Below, in pieces: positions 13,130 to 26,030 of a DNA stretch of 64,000 nt. Every line of letters starts with the position of its first letter. Position 1 is the first letter of the stretch. The stretch is from NCBI GenBank assembly GCA_030704615.1, contig CM060733.1, positions 14,136,001 through 14,200,000 of the forward strand, in the 5' to 3' direction. This stretch comes from Takakia lepidozioides. Taxonomy: Eukaryota; Plantae; Bryophyta. The notes beneath the pieces are model-generated. The model had not been told where the DNA came from. It made no database searches and saw only the letters and a program-made list of their open reading frames with translations. Made by a program: the position numbers and the translations under genes.

Positions 13130-13755
13130 AGTATTTGGGTAGATGTCGTGATGATCGTCGGCGATCATCATTTCCGCTCTGATCTTCGGGTTTGAGTTTT
13201 AATTTTTAATTTTTTTAGGCCGGTAGTAGATGCTATGATCGTCGACGATCATCACTTTCACTCTGATTTTTGAGTTTTTATTTATTTTATTTTTATATTT
13301 TTATATTTGGGTAGATGTCGTGATGAATGTCGACGATCATCATTTCTGTTCTGATTTTTTAGTTTTATTATTATTGGGCCGACATTTGGGTAAATGTCAT
13401 GATCGTTGACGATCATCATTTTTACTCTATTTTTTAGGTTTTTTAATTAATTAATTATTTTTTTTGGCCTGATATTTTAGTAAACGTGCTGATCGTGGAC
13501 GATCATCACGTTTGCTCTAATTTCTGAATTTAGTTTGGTTTAGTTTAATTTTTAGTTTTAGTTAATTTAGTTTAGTTTAGTTTTTATTTTATTTATTTTA
13601 TTTTTGTTGACATTTGGGTAGATGTCATGATCGTCGACGATCATCACTTCTGCTCTGAATTCTGAGTTTTATTGTTTGTTTGTTTGTTTTTTTTTTTTTG
13701 GTACATTTGGGTAGATATCATGATCGTCGACGACCACGGCTTTTGCTTTGATTTC
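13130..13755 (-). repeat. Array of ~7 palindromic ~47-bp units with variable T-rich spacers
   Basis: Unit consensus (minus) CAGAGCAGAAGTGATGATCGTCGACGATCATGACATCTACCCAAATG. Confidence 0.9.
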
Positions 13756-14329
13756 TTGAACGAAACAACTTGATGTTACGAGCATCACAAGATCGGGGGA
13801 TCCGAGCAAATTATATGAATGCTTATAATATGAATTGAGTGTTGAGGTTGTCTGTCTTCAAGTACAACATTCAAAAGTGCAGTGTCTCAATTGAGTTGCA
13901 GCAGCACTTTGAAATCTCGTCAAGTCTGATTTTCTGTGGTTGAAGTCTAATTTTATAGAGTTGGTTTATAATGTCTTAGATCAAGTTTGAAGTTAGTAAA
14001 CAACTCTACCAACCAACCACTGCATTGGTTTGTCCTCTAACCTATGCTAACCAAGGCCCAATTTTACATGCCACACTGGACATTCATTAATCTTCTAAAT
14101 CTTCGCTAAATCGAAATATTATAACTAGCCATGTTAACTCATTTGAGCTATTTATTGAGAGGAAGGAATTGGATTGTTAAAAAGAAGTATGTTTATAGTG
14201 CAAATCTTATCTTCTCATGTGGTTGTGTGGTATCTGTTTCATTCTGAAGATCTCTAGTTCCACCAGTTTTCTTTCTTTTCCTTGGAGGCTTCCCAATTGC
14301 CGCAGGTCCCAAAATCTGTACTAAAATAT

Positions 14330-15084
14330 CGCATGATGTTGGATCCACCAGACATTTTGAATTTGCTAAGAAACTCATCTAATAAAATCTTTATCACTGC
14401 TTGGTGCACGATGAGATCCATTTTGTAAGGACTTTGTCTCCTAACATGTAGTTCTGAACACCTTTATAATCGTCGTCGAAATGCTCTGGAGTGGTGTAGA
14501 AAATGAGTTGCGCCATTGTCCTTAATGGTATGGAAGTATCCATGGATTCGAAAACATGTTTTTCATGTTCATTCCGTCGTGTGTCTTTTTACCCGAAATG
14601 CCTCAATGAACTATTTTAGGCCTCTGTTTTTAATGCCATGGTTAGCGCCAGAAGCCATTTGGAAATACAAGTATGGACTGCTCAATGAGTCCAAGGTCAC
14701 TTGATTAACTGATGCAAGTTTGCAATAAATAGTCATGTTGTTTTTAACGCTTTTGCAAGCATCCTCTTTGCTACCAAACACCTCGATATCTGTTGATGCT
14801 GGAAGGTTTAGGTCAAATTGACGTCAGTCACTCTCCAACAACCTGCATGAGAAACAGCCCCTCTTGCTAATTATTGTATGGGTAAGATTTTCGAACCAAT
14901 AGCCGCACAGCTCGGCAGAATTTGCGTGTCCTAAAAACTCTATAATAGTATACGACATCAAACCGATAGCTGTCTTCAACGATAGACACATTGCAAATCG
15001 ACCTGTAATCTAGTTGGACGCAAAGCGTACATCTCGACGAGTATATTGACGCAGATTTGATTTTTGGGACTAAGTGTCATTTGC
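14330..15084 (-). pseudogene. Crinkler-like restriction-endonuclease-fold domain remnant (left copy)
   Basis: Mirror of 54450-55000 plus 59151-59400; contains the empty TTAA site (14522-14525) of piggyBac B. Confidence 0.55.
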
Positions 15085-15420
15085 ATTTTTTTTCGAGGTA
15101 TCGATGAGCTTCAACCAGGTGTGTAAGCGGTGGTTACCATCCCATACATAGAACATCCGATTCTTCAACCATGCCCAATTTGCATCCACTTCGCAATCTG
15201 CATCAAAGTCATTGCTTACATGTTGCCACCCCGCTCGTATCTCATCTGTCACCAATGCAAGAGTCTTCTGCTCATCTGTGGGGACCAAAAAGAATAATCC
15301 ACGACCTTTCACATACCCATTCGTTAAAAAATATTCTTTCAATGCATCCCATGCGATACCGCATTTCGGGATTCAATGGGATGAGAATGAGAATCTTACG
15401 AGTTCAAGTCCACCATAGCA
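15085..15420 (-). pseudogene. Captured fragment with a ParB/Sulfiredoxin-like motif
   Basis: ORF 15070-15342 contains MFYVWDGNHRLHTW (DGxHR signature); segment absent from the right copy. Confidence 0.5.
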
Positions 15421-15439
15421 TTAGTCTCAATTTTTTTTC

Positions 15440-16850
15440 TTTTCACTCTGAAACTGTACTCATAAATCGATGGTCATAGCCAATGCGTCGCTAAGTAACC
15501 AATACCCACTACATTTATTGGAAACACATGTTGTAACAACTGGCACGACAATATGAAGGATATGGCTTCAGCCGCAACCCACATCTCAGAAGATGGATCA
15601 CGATTTTGTAAAGCGACTGTTTGACGATTGTAACACAATAAAATAGCCTAACAGTACCTGCTGAAATATGATGACTTTACAAGCAAAACGAGTTTTCACA
15701 GAGTTATTCAATTTCTGAGGACGAGGCTTAAAATCCATACCTATTGAATTCCATTGTTGACACCATTTGCCTGAACAAATCCATACAAACATATTAGACT
15801 AAATTTGTGTCACGTGAAAAAGACTATATCATATCTGTGTATGAAAATATAATATACTTCTCCAATTTTCTCATTAATGTTCGTAGAATATTGACATGTT
15901 TTCCTTAGTGCGTGCCCTTGAATAAACACCTTCAAAAAAAAAAAAAAAAAAAAAAAAAACTAGATCGGCCAGCACTTCACATGCAACAACCATTTTTAGC
16001 CCAATAGTCATGGTTCCCAAACTTATGCCATCTAAAGAATTTTGTTTGTGAGGTCGAACATGTCAAAGAGTGCACGAAGTTGAAGTCATTGTTTTGGCAG
16101 TAGGATAGGAGTCACTTAAGAGGAACTATTTTCTGCAAAAAAATTCCCAAGCCATAGATTATGAAACCTGGAAGAGAGAACTTCTTGGCAGGAAGAAAAA
16201 TCTGCAGCATTCTCTTCTGGATATTGGAGTCTCATGGTTAGGCTGCACTCAGTGGTATCCTTGGCCTTGAACAATTCGATATTTATATGTCTTAATTCCC
16301 AATTTGTAATAAAAAAAATTGATTACCATTGTAAAGGTGTCCGCCTCAAGTACTCCAAACCTCATAAACCACAAGCTTGTTATATAGTACTCAGATGGAA
16401 GTATCTTTGACAATGAGCAATATTAAGTCATCGAGAAATGCTTTTTGGTGCTCATGTTTTTTGTAAGACACTTGATTTTTGAAAAATTGAGAAATAATAC
16501 TTGGTGCAACCTTAGTGCGTTTTTTGTGCGACTGTCTATCACTGAATTCATGAGATGCGGGGTTTATGCGTGAAACAAAGTCAAGTTCAAAAGTGTACTG
16601 ATCATCTTTGCATGCTCTTTTTCAGTGTACTTCTTCATTGCAGTGGTGCCAAGTAACTTATTGTACATGATAATGCCTTTCCTTACCCTTAGTCTTGTTA
16701 GTCAAAACCTCACGACCACAATAGGCAAGAAAACACAAAAAACATCAAAGTACCTATGCTCAATCGAAAGCAATGGGCTCGTCGTTTTGAGTAGCAAAGA
16801 ATGTCCATGGCACCGATTTCCATCCATATGGAGTCCACATAATAACTTGT
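15440..16850 (-). pseudogene. hAT-like transposase remnant (mirror copy ~52820-53960 plus)
   Basis: BED-finger-like RKGIIMYNKLLGTTAMKKYTEKEH; KAFLDDLILLIVK; RPQKLNNSVKTRFACKVIIFQQ; SGYWLLSDALA. Confidence 0.55.
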
Positions 16851-19800
16851 TGATGTAGGAGTACAAGTTGTTTTTGTTGCCAAATCTGTTTGTACTTGTT
16901 GATTAAGTCCACTGCTTGATGATACACATTGGATCTAGGAAACATTATGAGGGTTAACTTCAACATGTGAACTATTATCAACCTTAAGTAGTTGGACATG
17001 GTTGGTCTCATTTGCGCCCGACTCCATAACTTCCATTTCTATCACTTGTTGTGATTCAACATGCAAGAATAATCCCACATCCTAAGTAGGATGGGTGGCC
17101 ATTGTTTCACATTCGTAGATCCTGCTGGGTCCCATAAAACTCACAATACTAAATAGGCAAGAAAGATCCCATATCCTAAATATGATGACTCGATTATATT
17201 CTCAAATCCATGGAGACACAAGATCTCACTGACCTCTAAAAGCTGTTGGCTTTCCACGGATCTTGGAGACAATGGGTCCCACCGTATTTACACTATCTTT
17301 AACTAAACCACTTGACTTCCCTCATTGAGCTTAGTTTCACATTTCATAGTCTGAATGGCAAGTAACTTCTAAACATCTTACAAACCAAAAAGCTCAACAA
17401 ACATAAGAAGAGGACAACAACACAATTGGAGATAGCTAGCTGTAGTAAGGAGGACAATCAATTATTCTTGAAGGCGGCCCAACGTGCAAGAATATCAAAG
17501 AGCTTGTAACAGAAATAATGGCTATCTATATGAAGTTGCCAACCCTAGCCCATTATCCGGATTCTATTTATTCGCCAAGAAAATAATACCCGGCGTAAGG
17601 GTAGAATAAATTATGGTTTTTTATCCTTCAACTTACCTGCTCAACACTTATTGATATCCATGCTGATACTCTGTACTTATCCATATACCATCCCAATATT
17701 GGTATTTATCTGTCAATCATTCTTGGATGTGAGACACTTGTCTGGGTAGAATTCCATAATCTGGCAAATACGTGGAATCTGTCCACGGGGGACGGACCAA
17801 TAGAATATGTCATTAGGCCTTTACGTCTTTTTCTGATGGATTGGAAGGTGACCGAGTCAAAAACGTATATCGAAAAAGGATGACATTTCATAGAGTTGTT
17901 ATTCCTTTGTTTTTCCGTTTTTTGTTTTCGAGGAAATATCAGCCCCAACAATTAGAGCTCGAGGGGAGAAATCAATTCCTCAAGGGGCCAGGAAAACAAA
18001 CACGAGCAGAGCCTAGCCCCCAGGCATAGAGTGACAGCTTACAGGGGTTTGAACCCCAGACCCATAGGTACTCAATACGCAGGCTTATCAATAAGCCATA
18101 GCCTTTTTTTGCATTATTTTTAACTAGGGCTTCGCGTTGCTCCGCTCTATGACGACCTTTTAGAACAATGTTCATTTTGATTGAAAATATATTTTATGCG
18201 AAAACAAGAGGAACAATGTAAGAACTTAATGCAGGCATGCGATTTAACAGTATTTTCGCTCGATTCAGGCAGCGTCGGCTAAGTTTTGTTGGAAAAAAAA
18301 AAGGTACTGGAACAACCATTATTTAACCATCCCACGTTATTCAGGTTATGGCCATTAAAAAGCTGTTTATCTTCCAAATAAAAAGCAGTAGTCTTTAAGG
18401 GTGAAGTGACACCATAAGTTACGCGTGCTTCAACAAAAGTTTTTTTTTGTTTTTGTTTTTTTTTCGATCATTCTTACATGTTTTAATATATCTTGTGCAT
18501 GTCATTCTCAGGCAATGGTTGCATTTGTTTTCATTGTTGTTGCATGGCTCTCCATACTTCCTAAACTTGTTATGTTTTCATTTTTGTTACACGATTGTTG
18601 CTATGGTGGTTGCGCTGCTCGTTGCGATGCTGGTTTTTGCACCGATGTTGGTTCTCACGATTTTTGGGAATGACAGAGTGACGACGAGCCCGGCACGCTG
18701 GTGGTATCATCGACAGCTCCAACTCGTCGCATGTTTGAATCGCCCAACTTGGGGCGAGAGGGCAAACTAAAACCTTCTGTTGGTGGACGGGAGGACTTGC
18801 AACGAGAGTACGACAGAATAGGCATTGGGGAGGTTGGTGCAGGCGGCATGGCAGGTGAAGGGCGTGAGGACATGAGGACAGCAGATCCGGCAATGGAGGT
18901 TGTTCATGCACATGTAGTCTTTGATTCTTCCTAGTTCCAAGGCTCCTTGGACATGCTTATAACACTCGCAGAGTTATTTTCCCTGCCTTTATTACTTTGA
19001 TTAACCCCTAATGGACGAGTCGACCTGATTCGGGTCGATTGGATATTTCGACCGTCGGTGGGCCCCTTGGATGAATCTGGATGAAGATGGGCCCTGAACG
19101 AAAGTTGTAGCCTTTGAGATTCTGCGCCGGACAGAATTTATTGCACCCTAATTGGACAAATCTTGCGCCGTCAGGATTTTTTGAAGTGATGATGAGGACC
19201 CAAAATCCAATGGTTTCTGGCCCTCCACGGGCTTTGACCTAGCCACGTGGCAAGCAAAATGGGCGTCGGTGGCCCGATGCCGACAATCAGGTGCATGCAG
19301 GGTTGGCATGTCCGCCCGTGCGGACATGGGATGCCACCCCGTGGCCAGATGGGTGGCGGCAGCGTGGAAGGGGCTCTCTCTTTGCGCGCACAGAGTCTGG
19401 GTTCCTGGAGCTCGCATCGTGGCCCCTCTCGCATTTCCTTGTGCAGCTTTCACTTGATCTTCCGTGGATCGCCCGCATTCGCTTCGTAGGGGGGTGTATT
19501 TATGGGCTTCATTTTCAGGTCATGGCGACTTACCTCTCCCAAGCTCGAAGCGGCGGAAGCTGTTCCGTTTCCTGCTGTGTGTTCTAGACATTACAGCTCG
19601 GGGTGTGATTGCATTGACGCAGCTGTTAGGGCTAAGTGTTTGGCGTTTAGATTCTTGTGCCCTGCCGAATTTTCATTATAATGCAAGTTGTCATTTTTTC
19701 TTGCATGTCGTTTTGTGAAATGCTTTTATGCATTTGGGCTCTGTGTTTTGTGTGGTAGGGGATGGTTGCAGGGGAGTGTGGTGTGTTGGGGTTTCATTTT

Positions 19801-19941
19801 GCAGCTGGTTTTGGAGAGTTTGCGAAATTCGCCGAGGTACATCCTTCTTTCTTGTGCTTGGGGAAGGTGGGCCATCTGCATTGATTCATCGTGAGGGCTT
19901 GCATTCATTTCCTGTGATCTCTGTCGGTCTCAGGGATTCGT

Positions 19942-20388
19942 ATGGCACCAAAGAGGAAGGACGCTCTTGTGCCTGAGCCACCGTCGCCCCCACCCGAGCT
20001 TGCAGCTGCCGCGAAGGTTATAAGGGAGTGGGCGCTTGAGGAGCAGCACTGCACTCCCGAGCAGTGCAAGGTAATATTGGGGTGTCTGTCTCCTGCCTTC
20101 CTCTGTAGTTTGCCTCCACCGCCGTTCGCCAATCGCTGGCCTCGCCACCCTCGTCCTCATAATTTTCGCTTTTTGTTTAGACGCCACGTGGCTCTAGTTC
20201 TTGGTTGGAGAGAGAGAAGAGAGGAAGGTGATAAGGAGGGGTTTAGTGACGCTGTGAATCCTGTTTTGAGATATGATGTCTGGCCCGATGCCGACAGTCA
20301 GGCGTCTGAAGGAGTTGGCTCGTGCAAAGAGGTCGGTTCCTGCAAGTGTGACAGCACCTCCCAAAGGTGTGGCGAGGAAAAAAAATAA
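19942..20388 (+). CDS. piggyBac A accessory ORF, 148 aa, unknown function
   Basis: ATG-initiated open frame, homologous to 58138-58521 (RWP..P.P.NFR.LFRRH.A..LGW..R.EEGD...FS..VN..LR..VWPD). Confidence 0.8.
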   Translation: MAPKRKDALVPEPPSPPPELAAAAKVIREWALEEQHCTPEQCKVILGCLSPAFLCSLPPPPFANRWPRHPRPHNFRFLFRRHVALVLGWRERREEGDKEGFSDAVNPVLRYDVWPDADSQASEGVGSCKEVGSCKCDSTSQRCGEEKK

Positions 20389-22225
20389 AGGAGTGGTGAA
20401 TTCGGGTGTTGTGGGATGTGTTGGCGGGCCTCTGGGTGCTGGGAGCATGCTTGCCGTCGGTCGGGTTGCTTTGGGGGACATGCATCCCAACACCGGTGCA
20501 CTGGTTCTTTTGGGTGAGGGGTCTTCTAATCCTGTTTTGGGCCACGATGAGGCCTCCTCCGACATGGACGAGGATTTTGAGGGTGACGATGGGTACATGG
20601 GCGACTCTGCTGACGAAGCAGACTAGGAAAACGAGGTGGTTGATATGGAGTGTGATGAGGAAATCTCGGCCGATTTTGTGGAGATGTTCAAGGCGAAGAC
20701 GTGGGAAACCAACGCAGGCTCTGACTTTGTGAGTGATAGAGCTGCATTTTTTGGCCCTCAACCTCGTCCCTGCCTGCCTGAGATGAAGGGCTCACATCCG
20801 ATTTGGCTTTTTGGTTTGTTTTGGAGGCGACAGGTGCTTGGGCGAATATGTAGGGAGTCCAATCGTTATGCTGCTGAACCTTTTGGTACGGGCACTCATG
20901 GGGGGCCTAGGTGGAAAGAGCTCACTGTTCCTGAGCTCAGGGCTTGGATTGGAGTCTGTGTCTTCCTGGGCATGAAGAAGTTGCCCCGAACACGATTTTA
21001 CTGGCAACACTCGGAGACATTCTTCGCTTGTCCTGTCATCCGCAAAGTGATGACTCGAGATAGGTATGAGGCCATACTCCGTTGTTTGCATCTTGTTGAC
21101 AACGCCACGTTGGTGGCAGATCGTAAGAGTCGGAATTATGATAAGCTCGGAAAGCTTAGGTGGGTGTGTGAGGAGATTGTGGATAGGTGTAAAAGTCTTT
21201 GGAATCTGAACAAAATGGTGACTGTCGACGAGGTGATGATCCGTTACACGGGGAAATACTCCCCAATTAGGATGTATATGCCTAAGAAACCATGCAAATG
21301 GGGCATCAAGGTGTGGGCCTTGGCTGACTTGGAGACTTCATATGTCTACGACTTTTCAGTGTATGCTGGTAAGAATGCAGGAGGGCCAGATGGCGAGAGG
21401 CAGAAAAGTGGGAAGGGAGAAGGTTATGATGTGGTCACCCGGCTGGCCGACGGGCTGCATGGTTTGGGCCATGTCATTGTGACTGATAATTACTTTACAG
21501 GGGTCCAGCTTCTATATGACATGGCCAAACTTGGCACTTGGGCCACTGGCACGGTAAGAGTGAATAGAAAGGGTCTCCCTCCCTCTTTGCTGAAAATGAA
21601 AAAATCCAAGACTGCCAAGCAAGGGCAGTCATGGTACAGGATGCATGAGTCCAGGGAGGTGGCTGCTGTGTTGTGGTAGGACAAGAAGGGTGTATTCTTA
21701 CTGTCATCTACAGCTAGGCCAACTTGCAGCCCTTCCTTTCCTGTGAATGTACGCCGTTTTGTGGGAAACCAGAGAGTGCCTGTGCCATCCGTACCTGCAC
21801 ATGTGCAATACCAAACGTACATGCGAGGGGTGGATGTGCAGGACCATCTTAGGGGTGCGTACAGCTTGCAGCTGCGCACAAAGAAGTGGTGGCATCGTCT
21901 GTTTTTTTTTCTTATGGATACCACGCTAGTGAATGCGTATATCTTGCATTCTGCAATGGAGAGAAGGAGGGGGCGTCGGGCCATGACCCATCTACAATTC
22001 AATCTGGCTGTGGCATATGGTTTGACAGGGGGTTGCTGCACTGACAACATTGACACCACAGGGGATTCAGAATGCACGTTTGTGCATCAGTGCCTTCACA
22101 CCACACGGCGGCGAGTGTGTATCATGTGCCATGTTCGTACTCACCATTACTGCCCCGGCTGCGATGGCAACCACTTGTGCCTTGGGCGGTGCTGGAATGA
22201 GGCACACCGGCATGCTTTGAGGTGA
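20273..22225 (+). pseudogene. piggyBac transposase A, ~650 codons, two premature TAG stops
   Basis: ORFs 20273, 20636 and 21743 share one frame, broken by TAG at 20624-20626 and 21677-21679; DDD motifs VTVDEVM, VTDNYFT, MRGVDVQD; C-terminal Cys-rich domain CIMC..CPGC..C..C. Confidence 0.93.
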
Positions 22226-24783
22226 CTGAATTCTGGCTTGTTGCACTGTCTTCTTTCTTTGTGTGTGCATATGTTTGTGTGGGTGGGGGTTCACCAGGGT
22301 GTGGGACTGCATGCAGGTATGCTGGAGGCTGTGGATGGCGTGTGTGTGTGGGGCGTGGGGTGTGGGTATCTCTGATCTATGGTGGGTATGGGTTCTTCTC
22401 AGGTTGGGGGGTTGTGTGTGTCCATGCTGGTTGATGGGCAATGGGGGTCATGGGGGGCTGGTGGTGACGGTTCAATGGCAGTGGAGGGGTGTGGGGGTCA
22501 TGCTGCTGGTGGTTGATGGGCAATTTTGGGAGTGGGGGGTCATGGGGGTCTGCTGCTTGCTCATTGTGGGCTGTTTTGGTGATGGGGGAAGGGCTGGTGA
22601 TGGTTCACAGGCTGTGGGGGTGATGGGGATCTGCTGTTGCTGGTTGAGGGGCTGTGGAGGTGATGGGGGTCCTTCAGTGTTGGCGTGTGTGCATTGTGTT
22701 TGGGTGGTTTCACAGTTTTTTTTTTTTGGGGGGGGGGGGGATTGTCTGCACACTGGGCAGATCGGGGGGTTCAACTCCCCCCCAGTTCGTGGATCATGTC
22801 TTTGGGGTGGTGTGTGGTTTGGGTTCGCTGCATTCAAAGGAAAAGCAGGAGCTCACAGGGAACTTGAACATAGATGGGCCACATTCGTGACGGTTGGTAG
22901 TTGTTAGTTTTTCAGTTGCCTGTCGGGTGGAACGCCGAAACGTCGGGCGTTCCCAGGCCCTTTTTTGGGTGTCGATTTTGGGGTCCCCCGAGTTTTCTGT
23001 GTCAATCGGTGACGTAGCCCCCTTTTTGTAGCCGGAATTGTCTACCGGCTCAGGCAATACATGGCCTGAGCTGGGATTCAAGTAGAAATACACCTACTTA
23101 GAAATCTCTGCTTGCATTTTGGTTAGAATTCAGAAATTCTTTTTGGAGGTAGTAGGAAATCATAGGAGGAACAATTCCACCGTTGGAATTCTGGTTCCAA
23201 TAAAAATTTCGACCCCTATGGCTGAATTACAGGTCAATTGAAGCAAATAGTGCTTTTTGACCCCCCTGTTTTCCCATACAAAGGAACCCTATGCAAATTT
23301 TGGAATTCTGCTTTGCAAATTTGGGGCAAGTTGCTTTAGGTGCCTGAGAATTGGAATGTGGATGGGGTCTTGCAAGGAAAAAATATATTTTTGGTCCAAC
23401 TGCCTGGTCAAACCAATTTTTCCCTCTAAAATTGGAATACACTACAGATTTAGAGCTTACCATTTTGTTATAATCTTCCTAATGACACGGTGAAATGGGC
23501 TTGAAAGTCTTGCAGCAGGTGCATGAGGTAGGTAGCGTCCTTTTCATACGGTTCATTCCTGTGGATGTTTCTTAGCTGGGAGATATACCCTCATCCGTGA
23601 GGGTATGTGCTGTTTTGGAGTGGGCCCACCAAAAACGCCTCTCATTTTAAGATAATAGGGTCTTCAATGGGCACGTGCGATGTGGCCGGTGGGCCCCGCG
23701 CACGGACGCCCGGCTCCCCAGCACCCCGCCCTCCCCGCCCACCGCTGCGCGCGGTCGCCTTGCCGCGGGCGCGGCTGCAGCAACCGTGCGCGCGCCCCCG
23801 TCCGTCGCGCGGCCAGTCCCCCGCCCATGAGTCCGCTGCCCTCCAGTCTGCCAGTCCGCTGCTGGCTAGTCGGCTGTCCAGCAGTCTGCCAGTCCGCCAG
23901 TCCGCTGCTGGCCAGTCCGCTGCCCAGCAGTCTGCCAGTCCGCCAGTCTGCCCGCCAGTCCGCTGCCATCCAGTCCGATGACAGCGCAGGATCGCCACCG
24001 TCCATTCCCATAACCCATCCGAGTCCTCCATTTTTAGGGCTCCGAAAATGGCAATGATCTTCCCACCAAATCCCGGCCGCTCTCTATTGACGGCTGTTTG
24101 TTGTCCGATGTTGCGGTAGGTGTTTCCATGCACGCGACTGTTCCTCTTTTGCGCGCGATGTTCATGATGATGATGAAGCGTGTGCTTGAACATGAGAGGA
24201 TTGTCTGGGCACTACAGCCACCATCGTGCATATGCTTCCACTATTTTTGCCTTCTTGTTGTGCTTTCGGGAACCTTCGTTTTATGGTTTGGTTCTATGTC
24301 ATAAATATGGAAAATGCGGACATCTGTCGTCGATAACGTCCTCTGCTTGTGATCCGTCATGATACGTTTAGCCCCTTTGTACTGCATCCCTCATGAAAGC
24401 CTTCACAAGTTTAGTTCGTTAAAGGAACCCATGAGTAACATGGGCGCGAAAATGGTGGAAGCGTATGCACATGGGGGCGTGTATTGCAGATTTCGTATCG
24501 GACGATGGGACTGTTTATGTGACCAAGTATAGCGGCTTGCATCCGTCGTGCATAAGTTGTGGAAAAGGGTGGAGAATCTGAAGAAACCCAGCTTTGTGAT
24601 GGATCCACATGGTATTATATAAGGGATGGCAGCACAAAAAAGCAATTCGAGTCGTCACGGAACACCATCCAGTCGTAAGGTCCTCAAACATCCACACGCA
24701 CCTACTGAATGCAGATGTCTGAGCCACGACGGGAGATGTCTGAGACAATTGCATCTGCAAATGCGCGTGGATGTTTGAGGTCC

Positions 24784-25425
24784 GTTGTGTCGCGAGTCTA
24801 TTCACAGTGGGTCCGCTGGCCCGTCAGTGCTCCGGATATTCCCCTTATCGCGTGCATAACAGTCAGTTTGGAGGCGGTCTGCTGGAAGTCCGTCTGTTGG
24901 GATAGCAGTCTGTTGCACTTGTGAATTTGTCAGTCTGCTATGTCGGAAGTCTGTTGCACTAAGTCTGTTTGACTTCTTATTTTCCCTCCGGTCAGTCTTT
25001 TGGCTTGTTCTCCTGCCGGTCTGGCGAAACGTCCGTCTGCTGGACAGTTCTCCTCTATGGATATCAGTCTGTTGGACTGTGCATGCATCAGTCTGTTGTG
25101 TCGCGAGTCTGTTCACAGTAGGTCCGCTGGCCCGTCAGTGCTCCGGATATTCCCCTTATCGCGTGCATAACAGTCAGTTTGGAGGCGGTCTGCTGGAAGT
25201 CCGTCTGTTGGGATATCAGTCTGTTGCACTTGTGAATTTGTCAGTTTGTTGTGTCGGAAGTCTGTTGCACTAAGTCTGTTTGACTTCTTATTTTCCCTCC
25301 GGTTAGTCTTTTGGCTTGTTCTCCCGCCAGTCTGGCGAAACGTCCGTCTGCTGGACAGTTCTCCTCTATGGATATCAGTCTGTTGGACTGTGCATGCATC
25401 AGTCTGTTGTGCCGCGAGTCTGTTC
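24784..25425. repeat. Tandem repeat, ~2 copies of 311 bp, rich in AGTCTG
   Basis: GTTGTG(T/C)CGCGAGTCT recurs at 24784, 25095 and 25406. Confidence 0.92.
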
Positions 25426-26030
25426 GCAATGGGTGTGTTCGACTTTCCTGTTCTCCCCTTACTCTCTTTTGTCTTCATTCCGCTGGCAGGGAAGTGCCTC
25501 CAATATGAAGCCGCTTCGCCTCAGCAAAGCGAATAGTCCGGTGGACTCTCGGTCCGGTGGGAAATGAGTCTGCTGCACTTGCGAGGAGCGTGGATGAATT
25601 TAGTACGATCCGTTCGTTCGGTGGACGTATTCAATGCGATGACGGCGGATAGTTGGCGCCTGTGAAATCGCGCCACGTTGGCAGTGCCATGCCCGCTTTC
25701 CCCCTTCTACTTCTACTTTCTCCATTATCTTTGCGCCTGTTTCTTCGCACAGTTTTGCACTGCTTTGTTTTCCTCTTTGCGTTTCCATCACCGTAACGAA
25801 AGACGACCGTTCTTCCCCAGGTGTGGAGAGTCGCGGTGAGCCGCGAAGCGTCGCAAACACGCTCGCCTTCGTAACAACTCGAAGTTCATCGGCTCGGTGA
25901 GGTTCTCACTTGCTGCGGTGTTTCCATTCCATTCTGTGTCCTCTTCTTGCTTAGGGTGAGTCTTTTCATAGGACTTCTATCTGTCGCTCTGTCGCTCATT
26001 GTCCTTGCACCTTCGTTTCATTCTGCAGCG

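Larger units (their letters stand above)
11239..18494 (-). repeat. Left copy of large mosaic repeat (inverted relative to 51327-63686)
   Basis: Continuous reverse-complement similarity, e.g. 11239 TTGATGTGGATGAACAATTTTACAATTG vs 63659-63686, and 18340-18494 vs 51327-51480. Confidence 0.92.

Noticed and set aside
22222-22907. 214-aa Gly/Val/Trp/Cys-rich ORF after transposase A
   Set aside because: By-product of GT-rich low-complexity sequence; no counterpart in element B.
23607-24193. Several overlapping ORFs in the MULE TIRs (also 36497-37042)
   Set aside because: GC-rich motif repeats lack stops by composition, and the ORFs are mirrored only because of the TIR.
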